The notes below the pieces were generated by a model that searched no databases, was not told where the DNA came from, and saw only the letters and a list, made by a program, of their open reading frames with translations. Position numbers and translations under genes: made by a program. From Escherichia coli (GTDB lineage: Bacteria; Pseudomonadota; Gammaproteobacteria; Enterobacterales; Enterobacteriaceae), in assembly GCF_041248615.1 (NCBI RefSeq), contig NZ_CP158426.1: a DNA stretch of 64,000 nucleotides; one strand, written 5' to 3'. This document shows positions 55,767-64,000 of the stretch, in pieces (the stretch's first letter is position 1; each line of letters opens with the position of its first letter).

Positions 55767-58151
55767 GTGGATATGGCAGCAGTAAAAATCTCAGGTGTGC
55801 TGAAAGATGGTGCGGGAAAACCAATACAGAACTGCACTATTCAACTGAAGGCAAAGCGTAACAGCACCACGGTACTGGTGAACACGGTGGCTTCTGAAAA
55901 TCCGGATGAAGCCGGACGTTACAGCATGGATGTTGAGTATGGCCAGTACAGCGTCACCCTGCTGGTTGAAGGTTTTCCGCCTTCACATGCCGGGACCATT
56001 ACCGTCTATGAAGGTTCCAGACCAGGTACGCTGAATGATTTTCTCGGTGCCATGACGGAAGATGATGTCATGCCGGAGGCATTGCGTCGTTTTGAGGCAA
56101 TGGTGGAAGAAGCGGCACGCAACGCCGAAGCCGCCTCTCAGAGCGCAGCGGCGGCAAAGAAATCCGAAACTGCAGCGGCATCATCGAAGAACGCGGCGAA
56201 AACCTCAGAAACGAATGCAGCTAACAGCGCACAGGCGGCAGCGACCTCACAGACTGCATCGGCAAACTCCGCGACAGCAGCCAAAAAATCAGAAACCAAC
56301 GCGAAAAACAGCGAGACAGCCGCAAAGACGAGCGAAACCAACGCAAAGTCCAGCCAGACGGCAGCGAAGACCAGCGAAACGAATGCCAAAGCCAGTGAAA
56401 CTGCGGCAAAAAACAGCCAGGTTGCAGCAGCCCAAAGCGAGAGCGCGGCAGCCGGTTCTGCGACTTCAGCAGCCGGATCAGCAACTGCTGCGGCTAACAG
56501 CCAGAAAGCTGCGAAGACGAGTGAAACTAACGCAAAGTCCAGCCAGACGGCAGCGAAGACCAGCGAAACGAATGCCAAAGCCAGTGAAACTGCGGCGAAA
56601 AACAGTCAGGATGCTGCAGCCCAAAGCGAGAGTGCCGCAGCTGGTTCTGCAAGTGCGGCGGCTTCTTCTGCCACTGCATCAGCCAACAGTCAAAAAGCTG
56701 CAAAAACCAGTGAAACCAACGCAAAGGCGAGCGAGACTGCGGCGGCTAACTCGGCGAAAGCATCCGCTGCAAGCCAGACGGCTGCAAAAGCAAGTGAAGA
56801 CGCAGCCAGAGAGTATGCAAGCCAGGCTGCGGAGCCGTATAAACAAGTTTTGCAGCCGCTTCCCGATGTGTGGATACCGTTTAACGATTCACTGGATATG
56901 ATTACGGGCTTTTCGCCATCATATAAAAAGATTGTTATTGGCGACGACGAAATAACGATGCCTGGTGACAAGGTTGTTAAGTTTAAACGCGCATCGAAAG
57001 CAACCTATATTAATAAATCTGGTGTACTGACAGAGGCTGCCATTGACGAGCCGCGATTTGAACGTGATGGCCTGCTTATTGAGGGGCAAAGAACTAATCT
57101 TCTGCTTAATTCAACAAATCCATCTAAATGGAATAAGTCAGGCAATCTGGAACTCACAGAAATATCCACGGATTCTTTTAATTTTACTTATGGGAGATTT
57201 ACTGTAAAAGATACTCTTATTGATCAGACAAGTGCGATTAATATCGTAACGGTTTCTGGCAGTAAAGGATTTGATGTCACAGGTGATGAAAAATATGTGA
57301 CCATTTCATGCCGTGTCAGAAGTGATGTTGAAAATATAAGGTGTCGTTTAAGATTTGAACATCATGATGGTTCTACTTACACTTTTTTGGGAGATGCTTA
57401 CCTCAATTTATCAACACTTGTAATTGATAAGACTGGTGGTGCAGCAAATCGTATTATTGCAAAGGCTGTAAAAGATGAGGCTACTGGTTGGATTTTCTAT
57501 CAGGCTACAATTAATGCACTAGATACAGAGAGCATGATTGGTGCGATGGTTCAATATGCTCCAGTAAAAGGTTCAGGCACAGCATCTGGAGACTATCTGG
57601 ATATCGCAACTCCACAAGTGGAAGGTGGATCAAGTGCTTCGTCATTTATTGTAACTGATATAATTGCAAGCACTCGCGCAAGCGATATGGTGACAGTCCC
57701 AATCAAGAATAACCTTTATAATCTTCCTTTTACAGTTCTTTGTGAGGTACATAAGAACTGGTATAAAACGCCAAATGCAGCACCGCGTGTTTTTGATACC
57801 GGCGGTCATCAAACCGGAGCGGCTATTATTCTTGGCTTCGGTCGTTCAACAGATTACGACGGATTTCCTTATTGCGATATAGGTTTGGCTAACAGACGGG
57901 TAAACGAAAACGCATCGCTTGAAAAAATGGTTATGGGGATGCGTGTAAAGTCAGATCAGTCTACGTGCTCAGTAAGTAACGGGCGTATATCCAGCGAAAA
58001 GAAAGCCACATGGTCCTATATTCAGAACACCGCAATTATCCGTATTGGAGGCCAGACTACAGCCGGGTTGCGTCATTTATTTGGTCATGTCAGGAATTTC
58101 AGAATATGGCACAAGGCATTGACTGATGCTCAGGTGGGGGAGTCAATCTAA
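55767..58151 (+). CDS. stf: Side tail fibre (Stf-like) with Ala-rich repeat region
   Basis: N-terminus MAAVKISGVLKDGAGKPIQNCTIQLKAKRNSTTVLVNTV close to lambda Stf; variable C-terminal half. Confidence 0.8.
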   Translation: MDMAAVKISGVLKDGAGKPIQNCTIQLKAKRNSTTVLVNTVASENPDEAGRYSMDVEYGQYSVTLLVEGFPPSHAGTITVYEGSRPGTLNDFLGAMTEDDVMPEALRRFEAMVEEAARNAEAASQSAAAAKKSETAAASSKNAAKTSETNAANSAQAAATSQTASANSATAAKKSETNAKNSETAAKTSETNAKSSQTAAKTSETNAKASETAAKNSQVAAAQSESAAAGSATSAAGSATAAANSQKAAKTSETNAKSSQTAAKTSETNAKASETAAKNSQDAAAQSESAAAGSASAAASSATASANSQKAAKTSETNAKASETAAANSAKASAASQTAAKASEDAAREYASQAAEPYKQVLQPLPDVWIPFNDSLDMITGFSPSYKKIVIGDDEITMPGDKVVKFKRASKATYINKSGVLTEAAIDEPRFERDGLLIEGQRTNLLLNSTNPSKWNKSGNLELTEISTDSFNFTYGRFTVKDTLIDQTSAINIVTVSGSKGFDVTGDEKYVTISCRVRSDVENIRCRLRFEHHDGSTYTFLGDAYLNLSTLVIDKTGGAANRIIAKAVKDEATGWIFYQATINALDTESMIGAMVQYAPVKGSGTASGDYLDIATPQVEGGSSASSFIVTDIIASTRASDMVTVPIKNNLYNLPFTVLCEVHKNWYKTPNAAPRVFDTGGHQTGAAIILGFGRSTDYDGFPYCDIGLANRRVNENASLEKMVMGMRVKSDQSTCSVSNGRISSEKKATWSYIQNTAIIRIGGQTTAGLRHLFGHVRNFRIWHKALTDAQVGESI
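56322..56700 (+). repeat. Tandem duplication (~2 x 189 bp) inside stf
   Basis: Near-identical units starting at 56322 and 56511, encoding KTSETNAKSSQTAAKTSETNAKASETAAKNSQ.AAAQSESAAAGSA. Confidence 0.6.
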
Positions 58152-58432
58152 TGAAAGATTTAACACTCAAATTTGCCGACAGGGCCGACTTTTCGGCCTT
58201 TATGGAGAGTGCCGGCTATTATGATGACGAGTCGATGCAGGATGATATTCTTATTGACGTGATAGGTAACGTGTACAAAGAAACCGGAGAACTTACCGAA
58301 GATGGCGAGCCGGTATGTGTTAAGGAAGACGGATATTTTGTAAACGTGCGCATCATTAATGATGCAAAAAAATCGTCAATATTCGATGAATACGTGGTTG
58401 CTGTTGAGCATCAACTTCGTGGCTGGATGTGA
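58151..58432 (+). CDS. Hypothetical protein (93 aa), coupled to stf
   Basis: ATG overlaps stf stop; acidic protein; unlike known Tfa chaperones to my recollection. Confidence 0.4.
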   Translation: MKDLTLKFADRADFSAFMESAGYYDDESMQDDILIDVIGNVYKETGELTEDGEPVCVKEDGYFVNVRIINDAKKSSIFDEYVVAVEHQLRGWM

Positions 58433-58441
58433 GGAAGAAAA

Positions 58442-59482
58442 ATGGCTACATCGACAGTAATTCCTGAAGACATCAAAACGCTAAAATCCGACGTTAGCAA
58501 ATTAAAAAACGATCAAGGAAGCTACGCAACAAAATCATATGTAGACAATAAAACAACATGGAATAGTTATTGCAATGTAATCTATGATCAAAAGACATTG
58601 CCGACCACTGGAACTATATTTAGCGGTAAGATTCACTTGTCAAATAAGACAGGAGAAACCGAAAACGCTTATAGTGAGATGTACACTAGAAAAAATATTG
58701 ACGGTACAAAAGATACAATGACAAGGATTGTCACACACAATGGAACAAAAGGTATCTTTTGGGATTTTAGCGATCTTTACGGTGGAACATTAATTTTTCC
58801 AGGCAGTGATGGTTACCTTAAGATGGGGAACTGTCTCATGTCGTATGGTGTGCGGGGAAGTAACGCGCTTATTAAGTTTGACTGCACAGACACATTACAA
58901 ATCAAATATGCCAATCATGGGTCAACCATGACAATCAACACACAGGGAACCGCTCATTCTGGCGCTACTACTAGTTTGTGGGGTAACTCTACCCGTCCGG
59001 TTGTATATGAAGTTGGTGCTGATGGTGGCGCTTATATGTTCTATGCGCAGAAAAATACCGATAACACCTATATGTTAAGCGTTAATGGTGCATGTCATGC
59101 CACCGCATTTAACCAGCATTCCGACCGGGATCTGAAAGACAACATTCAGGTGATCGATAATGCAACCGACCGCATCCGTAAAATGAACGGCTATACATAC
59201 ACGCTTAAAGAAAACGGTATGCCCTATGCTGGTGTCATTGCACAGGAAGCTCTGGAAGCAATCCCAGAAGTTGTAGGTTCCGCAATGAAATATCAGGACG
59301 GTGCAAGCGGATCGGAAGGTGAAGAAGGTGAACGTTATTACACAGTAGATTATTCTGGTGTTACTGGCTTGCTTGTTCAGGTAGCCAGAGAGTCAGACGA
59401 CAGAATAACAGCACTGGAAGAAGAAAACGCAGAATTAAGACAAAGATTATCTGCAATTGAGGCGGCGCTTGCGTCTAAATAA
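58442..59482 (+). CDS. Tail fibre/tailspike-like protein with C-terminal intramolecular chaperone (S74-like) domain
   Basis: C-terminal DRDLKDNIQVIDNATDRIRKMNGYTYTLKENGMPYAGVIAQEALEAIPEVV...RITALEEENAELRQRL. Confidence 0.65.
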   Translation: MATSTVIPEDIKTLKSDVSKLKNDQGSYATKSYVDNKTTWNSYCNVIYDQKTLPTTGTIFSGKIHLSNKTGETENAYSEMYTRKNIDGTKDTMTRIVTHNGTKGIFWDFSDLYGGTLIFPGSDGYLKMGNCLMSYGVRGSNALIKFDCTDTLQIKYANHGSTMTINTQGTAHSGATTSLWGNSTRPVVYEVGADGGAYMFYAQKNTDNTYMLSVNGACHATAFNQHSDRDLKDNIQVIDNATDRIRKMNGYTYTLKENGMPYAGVIAQEALEAIPEVVGSAMKYQDGASGSEGEEGERYYTVDYSGVTGLLVQVARESDDRITALEEENAELRQRLSAIEAALASK

Positions 59483-59488
59483 TATCAA

Positions 59489-59511
59489 GGGGCCGAGCGC
59501 CCCGTTTTATT
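59489..59511 (+). terminator. Intrinsic terminator after tail fibre gene
   Basis: GGGGC-CGAGC-GCCCC then GTTTTATT. Confidence 0.45.
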
Positions 59512-59812
59512 GGGTAGGATGAAAATGGATATAACACCTTTCCTTCATGCGCTTTGTGCTGTGGCTGCGCAGCTACTGATTGGTCTTTTTACCGGGAACT
59601 GGGCTTACGGGGCGATAGCCGGTTGTACGTTCTTCATTGCGCGTGAACACACCCAGGCAGAATATCGCTGGATTGAAATGTTTGGGCATGGCAAGAGGAT
59701 TAACATGCCGTGGTGGGGCGGTTTTGATCCGCGCGTGTGGGATGTGGCAAGCCTGATGGATTTTGCTGTGCCGGTGGTGGCGTGTCTGCTGATCTGGATG
59801 TTGATCCGTTAA
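59510..59812 (+). CDS. Small membrane protein at prophage right end
   Basis: 100-aa ORF with 2-3 hydrophobic segments; last ORF before attR. Confidence 0.4.
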   Translation: MGRMKMDITPFLHALCAVAAQLLIGLFTGNWAYGAIAGCTFFIAREHTQAEYRWIEMFGHGKRINMPWWGGFDPRVWDVASLMDFAVPVVACLLIWMLIR

Positions 59813-60160
59813 ATATAAAAAGTAAAAAGCCGCAGTAACTTGTCATGATAGGATACTGCGGCTGGCTGGTTAACTTTCGATAGTGCGAGTATTGAATGAT
59901 TTCCAGCCGTTACCGATTTTATATAACTGCAGTGGAATTATTCAACACACAGGCAAAACGGAATAAGCTGAGAAAAAAGCGTGCTTACCCAATCTGGGGT
60001 AAATCACGTCTGAATGACACCTGAAAACAGGTGGTGGCCTCAAGAAGGCTTGGAATATTCTTCTTTAATGTTATGTAATTTATTGATTTTTCGTGTACGA
60101 TTTTAAGACATTTATTCCAAGAAAAGTTTTTAACTCTTTGATTTTTCGACTCTGTATCAT

Positions 60161-60222
60161 CGGTCTCGAAAACCGGAGTAGGGGCAACTCTACCGGGGGT
60201 TCAAATCCCCCTCTCTCCGCCA
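60161..60222 (+). repeat. attR (displaced 3' fragment of tRNA-Ser)
   Basis: 62 bp matching attL/tRNA 3' half with two substitutions (GAGTAGGGG...CTCTACC versus GAGTGGGGG...CTCCACC). Confidence 0.8.
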
Positions 60223-60776
60223 CTTTATCAATGACTTATCTCCCGATTTCCCGCCTTGCTTTTCCTAAACAGAACAATCGTAGAATATTCTTGAAGGGTT
60301 AGATCGTCACTGTTTTCTGTTCGATACTGTGACATTCAGCACTTGATTCGCTATGGATCTGACAGGAAGCTTTCGAGCGAAAATCTGCAGTTATTCAGTC
60401 GTTTTCTTATCGGTCACCATTATTCTTTTAGACATTGATCCTACAAAGCTGCCGCAAAGTTGGTGGTGGGAACTGAAGTTGCGTAGAGAAGGGGGCAATA
60501 ATTGAGCAAAAAAAGGAACGCGGCCGTCAGATTAAAGCCGCGGGACAAAGTCCATAATTTCCAAGAGTTGTTGAATTTCCCAGCTTTTTTGAAAGCCTTT
60601 GTATCATACTAACAAGTAAAAAAGGTTTAAATACCAAAATTAACCTATATTTCTGGTTAGCTTTACCATGACAGATGACTTGCTCCTGGAGACATTGGCG
60701 CAGCCAGTCTGTATTGGTGAGTTGTGTATTTATTGTTCGCCGTTTTCTCAGTTTTTTCTACAGACATAATAAAAAA

Positions 60777-60806
60777 GACACGTCTCAAGCATGAGCGTGT
60801 CTGAGT
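60777..60806 (-). terminator. Putative zinT terminator
   Basis: Imperfect hairpin GACACGTCTC...GAGCGTGTC followed on the minus strand by a T-run. Confidence 0.4.
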
Positions 60807-60890
60807 TTGTCTTATTTATTTGTCTTGGTAAATTATTGTCGTTACTACCAGGCACTATTCTGTTAAATAATTGAAGTCAGCGCAAAAAAA

Positions 60891-61541
60891 TCAATGAGAC
60901 ATCATTTCCTCGACCACTTCTTCGCTACTCAACTGATACGGATAATACGTTGGCCAGTTTTCCATTTCATTCAATAAAGATTGCTGTGAATCATTACCCA
61001 TAAAAATGTGAAAATGAGATGATTTTCGTGGTGCAATTATATGATCGCTAAATTGAATATATTTAGGGGCTTTGCTTTCAGGATCTTTACATTCGAATAA
61101 GTAACGAACGCCTTTCTTGCCTGATTTATAGGTGAGTATTTTGTATCCCTCGTAATCATATTTACAGGATATTGTTGAATTATTTCTATGGAATTCAACA
61201 ATGCCGTCCTCAATGCCAATCATCTCGATATCTGTCACATAACCTTTGCGATAATAATCTTTAATTTCAGCAAATGTTTTAGTTTTATCTGCATCCGCTT
61301 TCTTCTGAAAGACGGGGTCAAGTTTGCCACTTTGCAGTAAAGGATAAACGGATTGCCAGACTCCATCCCAGTCACTTAGCGTTCGGTTTTGTACATTGGC
61401 ATCATCAAAAACACCATTAGCAGCTTTTTGTTCGACCTCTGTTAAGGGTTTGCCGTGTGAGTGATGACCATGCGAAAAGGCAGGAGCGCTAACAATAAAG
61501 ACACCTAAAGCAACAGCCAGTTTATGAAGACGAATCGCCAA
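60891..61541 (-). CDS. zinT: ZinT (YodA) periplasmic zinc/cadmium-binding protein
   Basis: 216-aa ORF; signal peptide and His-rich HGHHSHGKP metal site. Confidence 0.85.
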   Translation of the reverse strand: MAIRLHKLAVALGVFIVSAPAFSHGHHSHGKPLTEVEQKAANGVFDDANVQNRTLSDWDGVWQSVYPLLQSGKLDPVFQKKADADKTKTFAEIKDYYRKGYVTDIEMIGIEDGIVEFHRNNSTISCKYDYEGYKILTYKSGKKGVRYLFECKDPESKAPKYIQFSDHIIAPRKSSHFHIFMGNDSQQSLLNEMENWPTYYPYQLSSEEVVEEMMSH

Positions 61542-61797
61542 AACAGTTTCCTCCAGAGTTAATGTATATGATGTGTAATGTTATATTGTAACATATAACA
61601 AAATGCAACAACTCTTAGGAGACAAGAGAATAGTTCTCTCAGGTGTGCTTAGCTATCTTATTGAAATAAAATAAATTATGTCGATGATTTGAGGTTGATG
61701 ACAAACGAAACATAACTTGATGCGATCTGTGTGGGCCGGATAGGGCGCTCGCGCCGCATCCGGCAGGGATAACGCGTACTTTGTCGGCAATATGAAG

Positions 61798-62433
61798 TTA
61801 TAGAGATAATTTGTTGTGAACCTGCTTGCGTAACCGGTTGAAAAAGGAAAGCAACTTCTTATACCGTAAGGCTAAAAGCAGTACCGCCAGCCCAGCGTAG
61901 ATGAGTGGCTGCGGTGAAATAATCTTCACTGACCACAGATAATGTATTGGGGCCAGGATCGCGACAAGATAGACGAAGTTATGCAACTGTTGCCAGTGTT
62001 TACCGAGTTTTCGCTGCATCGCCTGGGTTGAAGTAAACGCTAAAGCAAGCAAAATAACCCAGCTGATAATTCCTAACGTTAAATAAGGCCGGGTAATTAA
62101 CTCCTTACCTAATAACGCCAGATTATTCACGCCCAGCTCCAGTAATGCGTAACTGGTTAAATGCAGTGTCGCCCAGGCAAAGCACCATAAGCCTAACAGG
62201 CGGCGAGTGCGTATCAATAACGGCTGTTTTGCGTAGCGTGCCAGAGGTGTGATTAACAAGGTCGCCAGCAAAAATTTCAGTGCAGTGCGACCAGTAAAAT
62301 GCTGAATATCTTTCACCGGATCGGCACCCAATCCACCGTGATTAATCGCCCAGACCAGCCAGAGAAACGGCAACAATCCGGCAAGATGCAGGCAAACTTT
62401 CAGCCATGTCACCTGTTTTGCTGTCAGACGCAT
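61798..62433 (-). CDS. msrQ: MsrQ (YedZ) heme-binding membrane subunit
   Basis: 211-aa polytopic ORF, stop abutting msrP start. Confidence 0.85.
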   Translation of the reverse strand: MRLTAKQVTWLKVCLHLAGLLPFLWLVWAINHGGLGADPVKDIQHFTGRTALKFLLATLLITPLARYAKQPLLIRTRRLLGLWCFAWATLHLTSYALLELGVNNLALLGKELITRPYLTLGIISWVILLALAFTSTQAMQRKLGKHWQQLHNFVYLVAILAPIHYLWSVKIISPQPLIYAGLAVLLLALRYKKLLSFFNRLRKQVHNKLSL

Positions 62434-63444
<1,011 letters not shown>

Positions 63445-63546
63445 TCACACTTTTTTGTCGTTAGCCAGCAAGAGCCGTTTACTGTTAATCTGTCAGGGAG
63501 TGTCCTCCCTAACAGTAGCAGAGAGCTGCTTTTACATATTTATGCA

Positions 63547-63960
63547 TTAACTGCCACGATAGGTTGAATACCCATATTGGCTAAGTAATAAAGGCACATG
63601 ATAATGCTCGTTCACTTTATTAATATGAAATTCAACGGGGATCTCAGGGAAGAAACTTTCAAGATTTTGTTTCTTGAAATAGTCCCCGGTTTTAAATACG
63701 ACACGGTAATCGCCCGTAGTCGCAGTTTGCTCGGGCCACAGTGCCTTAATTCGTCCATCCTTATCTGTTTTGGCGGTATTAAGTTGTAACCAGCCGTTAT
63801 CCGCTTTCTTTTCAAGAGTGACTGTCACGTCGGCAGCGGGTTTTCCTGTTTGCTGGTTCAAAATGTGCACGCTAAGAATGTTTTGTTGTGCAGCATAGAC
63901 CAAAGAAGGTAATGAAAATGCAGCCGTTACTACGGAGAGTACTAAATAACGCTTTAACAT
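63547..63960 (-). CDS. hiuH: HiuH (YedX) 5-hydroxyisourate hydrolase, transthyretin-like
   Basis: 137-aa ORF with signal peptide and C-terminal YRGS. Confidence 0.85.
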   Translation of the reverse strand: MLKRYLVLSVVTAAFSLPSLVYAAQQNILSVHILNQQTGKPAADVTVTLEKKADNGWLQLNTAKTDKDGRIKALWPEQTATTGDYRVVFKTGDYFKKQNLESFFPEIPVEFHINKVNEHYHVPLLLSQYGYSTYRGS

Positions 63961-64000
63961 GTTTATATCCTTGTCATGTGAATGAGTTTTGAGGATAGCG

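Noticed and set aside
56062-56901. 279-aa plus-strand ORF rich in Arg/Lys/Gln/Pro, plus antisense ORFs at 56138-56971
   Set aside because: Alternative frames of the repetitive Ala-rich stf shaft region; the stf frame has the conserved lambda-like N-terminus
60223-60890. Possible missing gene in the ~670 bp ORF-free stretch between attR and zinT
   Set aside because: I half-remember a small gene (yodB) near zinT in reference genomes but cannot confirm its position from memory, and no ORF of at least 60 aa is present; treated as intergenic or attR-flank

Overview
This window reads as an Escherichia coli-type chromosomal segment (mtfA, then zinT-msrQ-msrP-hiuH) carrying two horizontally acquired elements inserted into neighbouring tRNA genes. 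All calls are from reading the sequence and ORF translations by eye and from memory of protein families; no searches or tools were run. (1) Positions 1-17931: an ICE-like island next to tRNA-Asn, with a P4-type integrase, an AT-rich cargo block (two outer-membrane beta-barrels, a LuxR-type regulator, a FecCD-type ABC importer, an MFS transporter, an amidase), then AlpA, TraR and a VirB-type T4SS (virB1, virB2, virB3/4 fusion, virB5) that runs off the left edge. (2) Positions 18951-60222: a ~41 kb mosaic lambdoid prophage inserted in tRNA-Ser (serU-like), bounded by a 62-bp attL/attR repeat. It has a Qin-like early-left operon (ydfA-ydfB-ydfC-DicF sRNA-dicB-ydfD plus an intact 813-aa exonuclease gene), an immunity region, an O-like replication gene with an internal iteron origin, a moron zone (FRG-domain protein, Cys-rich small ORF, hok/mok, lipoprotein), DUF968-rusA-Q, a four-tRNA array, a pinholin/SAR-endolysin/Rz-Rz1 lysis cassette, HK97-like head genes and lambda-like tail genes (G/GT frameshift, H, M, L, K, I, J, lom, stf). 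The best candidate for an undescribed system is the divergently transcribed FRG-domain gene and its AT-rich surroundings; the non-siderophore cargo of the tRNA-Asn element is second.
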